Below are positions 30,485 through 42,726 of a stretch of DNA of 64,000 bases, piece after piece. This DNA comes from a virus. How positions within the stretch are numbered: position 1 is the first letter of the stretch; each line of letters begins with the position of its first letter. The notes beneath the pieces were generated by a model, which saw only the letters and a list, made by a program, of their open reading frames with translations, was not told where the DNA came from and searched no databases. Position numbers and translations under genes: made by a program. The DNA lies in the IMG/VR virus record IMGVR_UViG_3300010151_007551, positions 1 through 64,000 of that record. The stretch is one strand, 5' to 3'.

Positions 30485-31231
30485 ATGTTTACAAGACAAG
30501 AGATTAACAAATTAGTTTTCTTTGATGTGGAAACTGCTACTGAATTTAAGAATTTTAAAGAATTAACTAAACATAAACCACGTTTAGCAGAACTATGGGC
30601 AAAGCGATGTAGTTGGTTAAGGGATAGGTATGAAGACAATAAAGATAAAACAGATGCAGAATTGTATGAATATAAAGGAGCTCTTCATCCAGAATTTAAT
30701 AAAGTATTATGTATATCGTTTGGAAGAGTAGAGGTGAATTCAACTGGTGTAATTACACACAGTGTTAAAACATATAGTGGAGATGATGAAAAAGAAGTTC
30801 TCGCTAAAACATTAAACGTTTTTGAAAAATTTCTGAGCACAGGTTTTAGGTTTTCTGGTCATAATATAAAGAGCTTTGATATACCCGTTATATTAAAAAG
30901 AGCTATTATAAATGGATTAGCATTACCTAAAAGTTTACACTTACACCATCTTAAACCTTGGGAGTTTCCATTTTTAGACACAGGTGAGGTGTGGAGTTTT
31001 GGTTCATGGAAAGACGGATTAGTTTCATTAGATCTATTGTCTACTTCATTAGGTGTTCCTACTCCAAAGGAAGACATGGACGGTTCAATGGTATCTAATG
31101 CATATTGGAACGAAGATAAATTAAAGGAAATAGTTGAATATTGCGAAAGAGATGTAATAGCAACTGCAAATATTATGTTAAAGCTAGCCGGGTATGAATT
31201 AATTCCTATTGATCAAAATGTTGAAGTTTAA
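30485..31231 (+). CDS. DnaQ-family 3'-5' exonuclease (PolB-exo-like, stand-alone)
   Basis: Exo I FFDVET, Exo II GHNIKSFDIP and Exo III YCERDV. Confidence 0.88.
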   Translation: MFTRQEINKLVFFDVETATEFKNFKELTKHKPRLAELWAKRCSWLRDRYEDNKDKTDAELYEYKGALHPEFNKVLCISFGRVEVNSTGVITHSVKTYSGDDEKEVLAKTLNVFEKFLSTGFRFSGHNIKSFDIPVILKRAIINGLALPKSLHLHHLKPWEFPFLDTGEVWSFGSWKDGLVSLDLLSTSLGVPTPKEDMDGSMVSNAYWNEDKLKEIVEYCERDVIATANIMLKLAGYELIPIDQNVEV

Positions 31232-31448
31232 AATATATTTAATACTAATATTGATAATATATGCATGTTCTCCATCTAGGAGAGCTGTCCCTTGCAAACA
31301 ATGTCCACAATATTCTATTGAAAAATTAATTATATCAGATACTTTTACATTTAATATTCCTCATTATAATATAAATTATATATGTTATCCTAGTTATAAT
31401 TTTAATATTATAGAAAATGATACTCTATACATAGAACTTTTTCAATAA
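31218..31448 (+). CDS. Small putative lipoprotein
   Basis: Basic start, hydrophobic stretch, then IYA-C lipobox-like cysteine; CxxC follows. Confidence 0.5.
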   Translation: MLKFKIYLILILIIYACSPSRRAVPCKQCPQYSIEKLIISDTFTFNIPHYNINYICYPSYNFNIIENDTLYIELFQ

Positions 31449-31489
31449 ATCAAAAAACTATTTTTTAATTGTTTGTATAATATAAAAGT

Positions 31490-33861
<2,372 letters not shown>

Positions 33862-33892
33862 AAACATTATAAAAATATATTGTTGCTTTAAT

Positions 33893-33920
33893 AAAATCCC
33901 TCTTCGGAGGGATTTTTTAT
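33893..33920 (+). terminator. Rho-independent terminator
   Basis: AAAATCCCTC-TTCG-GAGGGATTTT stem with a UUCG loop, followed by a T-run after groEL. Confidence 0.9.
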
Positions 33921-33951
33921 ATCAAATAAATAAAAAAAACTACTATTAAAA

Positions 33952-36900
33952 GTGGGTTGCGAAGAAGACGATTTAAAAACATTAGATGATCTCATTAAAA
34001 GAGCAATAGCTAGTCAAAAATCAGATTTACTAGATGCTTCTAATATTGAATCACGAGGTACAGATAATATTGAATCACGAGGTACAGATAATATTGATGA
34101 TATATTAGACACTATTGAATCTTGTCCCGTTCCTATATCTCCAATTTTTACAAAAAAACAATTAGATGATATATCTTGTATAATAGATTCTTCAACGGAG
34201 TTACCAAGTCAACCTGATTTATTAGATTTAAAAACAGAATCCATAAATGATTTATCTCCAGAGGAATGTGAAAAGAAGGCATCTTCTTTGAATGAAGAAT
34301 TAAAAATTGAATTAAAAGAATACACCGATTTAAATATTTTATTAGAAAAATTAATAGAATATAAGGATAATTATAAAGTCTTTACAAAATACTTTTCCGA
34401 AAGAGCAGCTGAAATGGCTAGATTAATGAATAAATTTCAACCTGTACTTGAAGATATACGAAGGCTTGAAACAGAAAAAGTTGAATTAAATTTAGAACTT
34501 GTTAAGGTACAATCTGCGTTAGACGAGTTATATTCTATAGTAGCTAGTGGGCAAATAATATATAGTGCGTGGTGGAATGATAATTTTGACGTCGTTGCCG
34601 ATGTTCAAACTGAAATACAGACATTTATAGCTAGAAAAAAAGAAATCGTATCAAATATAGAAACTGTTGAAAATAATATTACAAAAAAAGAAAATTTAAG
34701 AGATACGTATACTTCAGAAGAAGATATTATTAATGATAACGATATAACTAATATACTAGATGGATCTACTATAAATACGGTTGGCCTGATAGCTGGAACC
34801 AATTTTATTACTCAAGTTACACTTGCTTTAACTTCAGCTGGTTTTTCATCAATAAAAAATTCAATAAAAGATTATTCGAGTGTTATTAAAACCGATAGTG
34901 CAAGCATTGCTGGAATAAAAACCTTAGTTAAAACTCCTATTATTTCATTTAATTTAGATTTTATAGGCATTAATTCAATACCTATTGAAGAAGACGTATA
35001 TAATAAAGAAACAGGAGACCGATCAACGATAACTATAAATTTTCCAATAAAGAATAATAAGTATTTACATAACAATTCATTTTTTAATTCAGTAAGTGGT
35101 GTAAATATAAAGGATGCATCTATTAATACTAATTTAACTGGAGATCTTTATGAAAAATATTACAATAAGTTAGAAGATCCTTTAAATTTAATGTTTTCTA
35201 CACAAGATAAAGGATTAACTTCTTCTGCTACTTTAGTGGATCCTAAATTAAAGGGAACTGATTTTCAGGTTAAAAGAGAAAATTCAACAGATTATTATAT
35301 ACGTGACATAGGTAAAATGCAAAGATTTTATGAAGATTTTGAAAACATATTTAATAAGAGAAAATTAGAAATACGAAAGACTGACGTAGAACCATTGTTT
35401 AATGGAGTTGCTTTAAATTTAAAAAAACTAGCAGTGCTCGATGTTAAATTATTTTTAGCGCTAGGTAGAATAAATTTAGATATAATCGATGAGAGTCAAG
35501 ATTTAAAATTAATAATAAAAAACATAGAGCGATCTCAGGAAGATTTTTTAAAAAATGCTACATCATTAAATGAAGAAATAATTAGAATAAAGGCAAGAAT
35601 AAAAGAATTGAAACCCACCCCAGAGAAGATAAAAAAGAGACTCGCTGCGTTAGATATGAAGTGCTTTGAAGACAAAGAACCAATAGAAAACGAAAGTGAA
35701 TTAAAAAGAAAAGTAGATGACTTGGAAGGAAATGATCCATACGGAGTAGAAACACTAAAGGGTGTTGATCCCACTTTACCATCTGCTAATGATATGAAAT
35801 ATTGGTTACAATTTTCAAAAATTTTAAATATGGTTAACATATTACCACTTCCTAAGGATCCAACTTCTCTTAGGTATTGGCCCATTGGTTTAGTAATACC
35901 TACTCCAGTTAAATTGGTTAAAATACCACTTCCTATAGTTTGGATTCCAATAACTACGCTTTCGTCCCCTGCTGGTCAAACGGTAATTTTTATAACCATA
36001 AATGGATTGTTTATTTCCCCTGTTATTTTTAATTCTTCTAGTTCTGGTTTAAAACAACATAAGATAACAATTAGAGGAGCCACCAATGATTTCGGATACA
36101 ATGTAAATAAAGCAGTTAAGAAGACTATTTCTTTTCCACTATCAATAGCAGCTGCAAAAGATAGAGCGATCACGTCTCAAAAGAATCCATCAGATGAGTT
36201 ATCAAAAATAGATAGAGACAAGTATGAACTTGAAATGAATTTGATGAAAGAAAAAATAAAAAACGCGGGCCCTTCTCAAAAAAAGAAATTAAATAAACAA
36301 ATAAATGACCTACGTGATTCTATTTCATTAGAAAGTGGCAGTGAAATTTTACAAAAAAATTTAGATAGAAAGGAGTCTCCACAAGATGCAATAGACGATG
36401 CAATAAAATCTATTTTTTCTAGACTCGATGATTTAAATGAACCCGAATTTAACGGTTGCAGAGATATTCAAAATAAAATAACTAAAAGGAAAAATGACAT
36501 ACGGAAAAATATTAATAAAACATATGAATCTAAAATGTCAATAAAAGAAAAAAGAAAAAAAATAAAGGAATATAATAAAGAATTAAAAAAAGATGGAATT
36601 TCTATGGATTCAAAGAAAAAAGCCATTAAAGAAGACATCTCAAAGTTTTTTAATAAAGTAAAGCTTCCAACTTTGAGTTTACCAAAGGATAAAACAAAAA
36701 TAAATCCTTCTCTTACGCCAGCTGAGTCAATGAAAGAAGTGTCTGATCAGGCATTAACTAATTATGAATATAATTTAACGTCTAAGAATAATAAAAACGT
36801 TAGGAAAATATTATTAACAAACATTACTAAAGTAACAAATAACATAGATTTAACTAATCTCTCAATTAATAAAAATGGTAAGCTTAAAATAAGTGAATCG

Positions 36901-38166
36901 TCTACAGAAATAAAAAATACGCTATTAGATATAAATGAAAAATTATTTAATAAAGTTAAAGGAAAACCAGATCCAAATTTAAACGAAGGCGAATTAACAA
37001 ACAAGAAAAAAGTTTTAGAGAAAGAAATACAAAAAGAAATAAACATTAAAAAGAAAAGGCTTCTTAAAAAAGATTTAAAGAAGACCGATGCCTCTTTATC
37101 AGATATTTCTGACACTAAAGATATTCAGGAATCTAATTCTATAGATTCTGATAAACTATCTAAGCTTTCTAAGTTTAAGGTAAATTTTAATCCGTTTAAA
37201 TCATTAACGGATATGTTACCAGTTAGCGTAGATTTAATATCACTACCGACCGCGGCATCGCTGCCCTTTGATTCAGCAAAAATAATAATTGATAGTTATA
37301 TAAAAAATTTATCAAGTGAATCTCTCGTATCTATGTTAGGTGGAGTAAATGAAATATCACCAAATACTATTAAAGATAGTTATTTTAATATTATAAGTGC
37401 AAATGTTCCAAAAGACTTAAATATTCCAGATGATCTTAATTTACAAACAATGAGTTCGTCTTTTTCAGGTATGTTTAATTCATTAAGTGGCAAAAAAGAA
37501 GAAATTGATATTTTAAAACCATTTACTTTATCTAAAAGTATTCCTTTAAATTTAAATATTCTAATTAAACCAATGTTAGATATAATAGTTGGAAATATGG
37601 ACGAAGTAGTAGAATGTTTACCTATCGATGTTGAAAATGATTTCAATAGTTTAAATCCAGTTGATTTAAAGGTCAATATTAAAAATACAGTTTTAGATAA
37701 AATAGAAAATTTATCATCGGTATTGAGTCCTGTATATAGCGTTCTATCACTGTTAAAATCCACAAATGGCATTACTTTAAATCCATCTGATAAATTATCA
37801 TTTTTATCATTACCGTTTGGTGGAATAATACTTGCTAAATTTATATCAGAGGCTACTTTAAAAATGTCTACGTCAAAGTCGTTTAATACTCCAACGTTCG
37901 ATTTAAAGGCCACCGAGAAAGCATCTGCTCTCATAGAATCCACCATTAATCCAATTATGAGTGTTCCTATGAGTTACATTATACCTGCAACTGCTGCAAT
38001 GGTACAACAACAGTCTTCTCTTAGGTTACTTCATCCTATTTTAAACGCAGATGATATTCCTCCATGGGAAAGATTATCGGCCAAGAATTTTTTATTCATT
38101 TTATTTTTAGATGAATTCATCACATCTGCCGCTGATAAAATAGGATTTTATAGAAGATTTATTTAA
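33952..38166 (+). CDS. Large coiled-coil protein, probably virion-associated (1404 aa)
   Basis: GTG start behind an AATAAATAA late-type motif; long K/E heptad regions, a central Pro-rich hydrophobic segment, and C-terminal DDIPPWERLS. Confidence 0.65.
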   Translation: MGCEEDDLKTLDDLIKRAIASQKSDLLDASNIESRGTDNIESRGTDNIDDILDTIESCPVPISPIFTKKQLDDISCIIDSSTELPSQPDLLDLKTESINDLSPEECEKKASSLNEELKIELKEYTDLNILLEKLIEYKDNYKVFTKYFSERAAEMARLMNKFQPVLEDIRRLETEKVELNLELVKVQSALDELYSIVASGQIIYSAWWNDNFDVVADVQTEIQTFIARKKEIVSNIETVENNITKKENLRDTYTSEEDIINDNDITNILDGSTINTVGLIAGTNFITQVTLALTSAGFSSIKNSIKDYSSVIKTDSASIAGIKTLVKTPIISFNLDFIGINSIPIEEDVYNKETGDRSTITINFPIKNNKYLHNNSFFNSVSGVNIKDASINTNLTGDLYEKYYNKLEDPLNLMFSTQDKGLTSSATLVDPKLKGTDFQVKRENSTDYYIRDIGKMQRFYEDFENIFNKRKLEIRKTDVEPLFNGVALNLKKLAVLDVKLFLALGRINLDIIDESQDLKLIIKNIERSQEDFLKNATSLNEEIIRIKARIKELKPTPEKIKKRLAALDMKCFEDKEPIENESELKRKVDDLEGNDPYGVETLKGVDPTLPSANDMKYWLQFSKILNMVNILPLPKDPTSLRYWPIGLVIPTPVKLVKIPLPIVWIPITTLSSPAGQTVIFITINGLFISPVIFNSSSSGLKQHKITIRGATNDFGYNVNKAVKKTISFPLSIAAAKDRAITSQKNPSDELSKIDRDKYELEMNLMKEKIKNAGPSQKKKLNKQINDLRDSISLESGSEILQKNLDRKESPQDAIDDAIKSIFSRLDDLNEPEFNGCRDIQNKITKRKNDIRKNINKTYESKMSIKEKRKKIKEYNKELKKDGISMDSKKKAIKEDISKFFNKVKLPTLSLPKDKTKINPSLTPAESMKEVSDQALTNYEYNLTSKNNKNVRKILLTNITKVTNNIDLTNLSINKNGKLKISESSTEIKNTLLDINEKLFNKVKGKPDPNLNEGELTNKKKVLEKEIQKEINIKKKRLLKKDLKKTDASLSDISDTKDIQESNSIDSDKLSKLSKFKVNFNPFKSLTDMLPVSVDLISLPTAASLPFDSAKIIIDSYIKNLSSESLVSMLGGVNEISPNTIKDSYFNIISANVPKDLNIPDDLNLQTMSSSFSGMFNSLSGKKEEIDILKPFTLSKSIPLNLNILIKPMLDIIVGNMDEVVECLPIDVENDFNSLNPVDLKVNIKNTVLDKIENLSSVLSPVYSVLSLLKSTNGITLNPSDKLSFLSLPFGGIILAKFISEATLKMSTSKSFNTPTFDLKATEKASALIESTINPIMSVPMSYIIPATAAMVQQQSSLRLLHPILNADDIPPWERLSAKNFLFILFLDEFITSAADKIGFYRRFI
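34041..34097 (+). repeat. 24-bp in-frame tandem duplication (NIESRGTD x2)
   Basis: TAATATTGAATCACGAGGTACAGA repeated exactly twice plus a partial third copy. Confidence 0.9.
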
Positions 38167-38242
38167 AACTTATTTGTTTTATTTTATATAATATAAATAA
38201 ACTAGTATAACGTTAATAATTAATAATTTTAAAATTACATAA

Positions 38243-39436
38243 ATGGCATTTAGTAATTACGATCATGTAAAACCTCTCGAAGATTTCGATTGGAGTCAAT
38301 ACACTAATGATAAATATAATACATCAATTGTATTAACAGAAGAAGATAAAAAAGCAAGAGTAAAAATACTATGTAAAGAACCGTATGCACAAGAGCTATA
38401 CGATAAGATGGTTGCATGGGAAGGCAAAAGTGGCAGTGAAATAGCATATGATAAAGATTTTAAAGTTGGCCAACTGTATACTGTTGAGGCAAAAAGCATT
38501 TCTTTTGATTTAAGAGCAGTTGTAGTAGAAGAAGTAAATACCCTTGGACAAATAATTGTTCCATTCAAAGAATTTTCTGGAGATTTAGATGAATTAGCAA
38601 AAGGAAACTTAGATGCACAGTTTAGAGTAATTTTATATAAACAAACAGGCAATGGAGAATATTTAGCCTCAGAACGCAAATGTAGAGCTATTAACTTCGC
38701 AGAAGAATTATTGCAACACCAAAAAAATAATACTTGGTTTGAGGTTAAAATCAAATCTTTAATAAAGGGAGGATATTTAGCTACATATAAAGACGAGGTA
38801 AAGTGTTTTATACCAGGTTCACATGCAGGAGCCAATGTAATTCACGATTTTTCAACTTTACTAGGTAAAACTATTAATGTGATGGTAGACAATTATGATA
38901 AATCAAATAGCTTGTTTATTTTATCATATAAGAAATATGTTACACAGAGCCTTCCTATTAAAATAAGTGATCTTAGATTCAATAAAAAATATACTGGTAA
39001 ATTAACAACTCGACCATATGACTTTGGAATGTTTATAGAGTTTGAAGGATATTACACTGGTCTTTTACATAGTTCTGAATTTAAAGACTATAATAAAGCA
39101 AAGAATGAAATGAAAACCGGAGATGAGGTTTCTTTTTGGATAAAGGACGTTAACTTTAAGAAAAGACAATATAGAATAGTTTTAACGTTAAATGAAAATT
39201 CTATTTCTAAAAACATGATAGGATGGGATAATACTAAGGAAGAATTAGAAGGAAAGCTTTTTGATTTTGAACTTAGTGAAAATCAAAAAGCAGTTGTTAT
39301 AGAAACAGAAAATGGTCCAATTGAATTAGGATTAAACCGTCTATATAAAGATAAGGATTTAAGTACATATTCTAAGGTTTCTATAATAAAGGTAGATTCT
39401 ATAAATAAGACTTTTAATTATAGGTTAATTTCATAA
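38243..39436 (+). CDS. Ribosomal protein S1-like protein (multiple S1/OB domains)
   Basis: S1 repeats IKGGYLATY...CFIPGSH and YTGK....DFGMFIEF.G..TGLLHSSE; N-terminal EDFDW segment like Bacteroidota bS1; 397 aa, shorter than a full six-domain S1. Confidence 0.85.
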   Translation: MAFSNYDHVKPLEDFDWSQYTNDKYNTSIVLTEEDKKARVKILCKEPYAQELYDKMVAWEGKSGSEIAYDKDFKVGQLYTVEAKSISFDLRAVVVEEVNTLGQIIVPFKEFSGDLDELAKGNLDAQFRVILYKQTGNGEYLASERKCRAINFAEELLQHQKNNTWFEVKIKSLIKGGYLATYKDEVKCFIPGSHAGANVIHDFSTLLGKTINVMVDNYDKSNSLFILSYKKYVTQSLPIKISDLRFNKKYTGKLTTRPYDFGMFIEFEGYYTGLLHSSEFKDYNKAKNEMKTGDEVSFWIKDVNFKKRQYRIVLTLNENSISKNMIGWDNTKEELEGKLFDFELSENQKAVVIETENGPIELGLNRLYKDKDLSTYSKVSIIKVDSINKTFNYRLIS

Positions 39437-39444
39437 ATTTTTTT

Positions 39445-39547
39445 AGATAGAGTTGATTATACACACGGTAAAATATATAATCTTATAATGATTACCTCTA
39501 TCTTAATACCGTATTAAATTATAAATTTTGAACAACATTCATTGTTG
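39445..39547 (+). promoter_or_regulatory. Candidate structured (pseudoknot) RNA leader upstream of nrdJ
   Basis: Pairings AGATAGAG 39445-52 / CTCTATCT 39496-503 and GATTATA 39455-61 / TATAATC 39476-82; loop ACGGTA 39465-70 pairs with TACCGT 39507-12; CAACA/TGTTG hairpin at 39533-47. Confidence 0.55.
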
Positions 39548-39604
39548 ATACAAGAATTAACGCGTAACCACGTGAAAATGAAACATAAAAAAAATAAAAT
39601 AAAT

Positions 39605-42175
39605 ATGGAACAATTTATTATGAATGAAGATAAAACTACACCGGCCCTTTCATTAAATAATACAAATTTTATAGATGAATTTAGCTTTGAGATATTTGAT
39701 CAAACGTATAGGTTTTTTGAAAATGAAAATATAAACGAAGCTCAATTAAGGAGTGCAATTGATCTAGCAGAACCAGAAGACAATTATTCAGATTCAAAGG
39801 GATCTGAATATTGGGCAAAAAGGTTTAATTATGTATTAGAAGATTTTAAACTCGTAACAGGTGGTAGAATTTTATCAAACGCTGGAACTGGGCTCAAGGG
39901 AACTACTTATATTAATTGTTTTGTTGATGGCTTTACTGGAAAATGTCAAGATTCTATGGAAAGTATTATGAATACTTTAAAACGGCAAGCGATGATTTTA
40001 AAATCTGAAGGCGGATATGGTTTTTGTTCAGACGTAATGAGACCAAGGGGAACGTATGTCAATGGAATAGGAAACGAGTCACCTGGTTCCGTTAAAATGT
40101 TAGAAATGTGGGACAAGCAATCTGAAATAGTAACAGCTGGTTCCGGTAGAAAAAATACCAGGAAAAAGGGTAAAATAAAAATACGTAAAGGTGCTCAAAT
40201 GGTTACTATGTCAATATGGCATCCCGACATAGAGGAATTTATAAAAGCTAAGCAAACGCCAGGTAGATTAACAAAGTTTAATATGTCGTGTTTAATCACT
40301 GATGATTTTATGGAAGCTAAAGAAAAGGGATTACCTTGGAATTTAGAATTTCCAAGCATAGACGATAATATAAAGAGATATGATAACGAATGGGATGGAA
40401 ATTTAAAGAAATGGAAAGATAAAGGATATGCCACAGTTGTATATAAAACGTATCAAAACGCTGAAGAATTATGGGATATTATAATGGAATCTACATATAA
40501 TAGAAATGAACCAGGTGTTCTTTTTGTTGATACTATGAATAAACTTAATAATTTAAAATATTGTGAATATATTAGTGCAACAAATCCGTGTGGAGAACAG
40601 ATTTTACCAATAGGTGGTGTATGTTTATTGGGATCTTTGAATTTAACACAATTTGTTGATTTTAAGAATAAAGATTGGGATTATGAAAAACTTGATGAAA
40701 TAATTCCATTAGCGGTTCGTTTATTAGATAATGTTAATGATAAAACAAACGTTCCACTTAAATCACAAGAGGAAAATTTAAGAAATAAAAGGAGAATAGG
40801 ATTAGGCGTTATGGGATATGGATCAGCGTTGATGATGTTAAAAATAAGATATGGTTCTAAAAAAGCATTGGAAATAACTGATAAATTAGAAAGCCATATT
40901 GCTAATCGGGCATATCAAGCTTCTGCGCTTTTAGCAAAAGAAAAAGGTTCTTTCTTAATGTATAATGAAAAAGAATATTTATCTTCTGAATTTATAAAGG
41001 TTTTAAATGATGATACTATTAATATGATAAAAAAATATGGCATAAGAAATTCACATCTTTTATCTATTCAACCGACTGGTAATACTTCAATATTAGCTAA
41101 TATTGTTTCAGGGGGACTTGAACCGGTTTTTATGCCACAGTATGTTAGAACATCTATGATGCCATATGCTCCAGACGGATTGGATATTCCTGAAATTATT
41201 AATTTTAAGGAAGCAAAAGCAAATAGTTGTAAAACTAAATGGTCTTGGACAAAAGAGGGCGATGAGAACGTACTTAGAACAGAATTTAATGGTTACGTTT
41301 GGAAAATGGATGAAGCTCGAGGATTGCTTAGAGAGACTGTGGTGAAGGATTATGCCGTTAGGTTTTTAGAAGAAAGAGGAGAGTGGAATCCTAAAGAAAA
41401 ATGGGCCGCTACCACAACTGAGCTTGGTATAGATGAACATATAAAAACAATGGAAGTATTCGCAAAATACATAGATTCTGCTATGAGTAAAACTGTAAAT
41501 ATACCAAATGAATACAGTTATGAGGATTTTAAGAAATTATATACAGATGTTCATAAGACCGGTGTTATAAAAGGATGCACTACATATAGAGCAGGGACTA
41601 TGACAGAAGTATTGGGTTCTACTAAAAATTCTAAGGATGATGATAAAATATATGTACCAAAAACAGATGCTCCAGATAGACCAAAGGTTTTAAATTGTGA
41701 TATACATCATTTAACTGCAGTGGGTAAAAAATGGATAGTTTTAGTAGGTTTATTAGAAGGAGATCCATATGAAATATTCGCATTTAAAACAAAATCTATA
41801 CATTTACCATATAGCGTAAAGGCTGGGAGATTAAAAAAGGCTAAGCGAGGTGTTTATAACTTAGAATGTGACAATGGTCTCATGATAGAAAACATAGCAG
41901 ATAATTTTGAAACCGATGAGCAAGAAGCTCTTACTAGAATAATATCATGTGCACTTAGGCATGGTGCCAATATTCAATTCGTTTTTGAACAATTAAATAA
42001 ATCAGAAGGTGGAATAATATCCTTTAGTAGAGCGATTGCGAGAACTCTTAAAAAATATTTAACGGATGGCGCAAAAGCAAATGGAATAGTTTGTAACAAT
42101 TGTAAAAGTTCCAATATTGTTTATCAAGAGGGATGCGAAGTATGTTTAGATTGTGGAAGTGGAAAGTGTAGCTAA
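39605..42175 (+). CDS. nrdJ: Class II (adenosylcobalamin-dependent) ribonucleotide reductase
   Basis: Motifs GGRIL.NAG, INCFV, EPGVLF.D, TNPCGEQ, RRIGLG and QPTG, plus a C-terminal CxxC...CxxCG zinc ribbon; no adjacent beta-subunit gene. The start codon is uncertain (39578/39605/39620). Confidence 0.9.
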   Translation: MEQFIMNEDKTTPALSLNNTNFIDEFSFEIFDQTYRFFENENINEAQLRSAIDLAEPEDNYSDSKGSEYWAKRFNYVLEDFKLVTGGRILSNAGTGLKGTTYINCFVDGFTGKCQDSMESIMNTLKRQAMILKSEGGYGFCSDVMRPRGTYVNGIGNESPGSVKMLEMWDKQSEIVTAGSGRKNTRKKGKIKIRKGAQMVTMSIWHPDIEEFIKAKQTPGRLTKFNMSCLITDDFMEAKEKGLPWNLEFPSIDDNIKRYDNEWDGNLKKWKDKGYATVVYKTYQNAEELWDIIMESTYNRNEPGVLFVDTMNKLNNLKYCEYISATNPCGEQILPIGGVCLLGSLNLTQFVDFKNKDWDYEKLDEIIPLAVRLLDNVNDKTNVPLKSQEENLRNKRRIGLGVMGYGSALMMLKIRYGSKKALEITDKLESHIANRAYQASALLAKEKGSFLMYNEKEYLSSEFIKVLNDDTINMIKKYGIRNSHLLSIQPTGNTSILANIVSGGLEPVFMPQYVRTSMMPYAPDGLDIPEIINFKEAKANSCKTKWSWTKEGDENVLRTEFNGYVWKMDEARGLLRETVVKDYAVRFLEERGEWNPKEKWAATTTELGIDEHIKTMEVFAKYIDSAMSKTVNIPNEYSYEDFKKLYTDVHKTGVIKGCTTYRAGTMTEVLGSTKNSKDDDKIYVPKTDAPDRPKVLNCDIHHLTAVGKKWIVLVGLLEGDPYEIFAFKTKSIHLPYSVKAGRLKKAKRGVYNLECDNGLMIENIADNFETDEQEALTRIISCALRHGANIQFVFEQLNKSEGGIISFSRAIARTLKKYLTDGAKANGIVCNNCKSSNIVYQEGCEVCLDCGSGKCS

Positions 42176-42213
42176 TTGAATTTGAATAAATAACAAAAAG
42201 TATAAATATTATC

Positions 42214-42726
42214 ATGTATAATAAAAATATTAAATTTGTTTTTTCATATTCAGATTTTATTAAAGTAAATGAACAGGAAATGGGAATGGGAGGAATGGGT
42301 GTTGATCCTATGGCAGGTGCAGGTGGAAATGCTCCACCTCCTAAAAAAGATAAAATCTTTTCTTTTATTTTTATAAATCATCCAACTAATCATGCAGTTA
42401 AGAATTACGAGGATGGTGGATATACTAAACGATATATTACATATGAAATGCCAGAAAAAGATATCTCTAAATGGATAGATGTTTCTCTTAAAGCAAAAAG
42501 AGATGGATATGAAAATGTATCTAAAGAAGATATTTTAAATGCCATCACCGGAGAAAAATTCTCCTTAACTAAATCAGAAAAAAAGTTTTTAGATTTTTTT
42601 AGACACTCTGTTACCGTAGGTAAAAAAGGAGAAAGATCTATAGACATAGATGTATATTTTGATAAAAATCATATTCCATCTACTGACTCATTAGAAGTTA
42701 CTTTTTTGGACACTATAAGCAAATGA
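42214..42726 (+). CDS. Hypothetical protein (possible head-internal protein)
   Basis: Late-type motifs upstream; N-terminal FSYSDFIKVNE followed by a Gly/Met/Pro linker. Confidence 0.6.
   Translation: MYNKNIKFVFSYSDFIKVNEQEMGMGGMGVDPMAGAGGNAPPPKKDKIFSFIFINHPTNHAVKNYEDGGYTKRYITYEMPEKDISKWIDVSLKAKRDGYENVSKEDILNAITGEKFSLTKSEKKFLDFFRHSVTVGKKGERSIDIDVYFDKNHIPSTDSLEVTFLDTISK

Noticed and set aside
39445-39547. Cobalamin riboswitch upstream of the B12-dependent nrdJ
   Set aside because: No B12-box or GGGAA/GCCACTG core is visible, and the element is too short and AT-rich. It is kept only as an unclassified pseudoknot.
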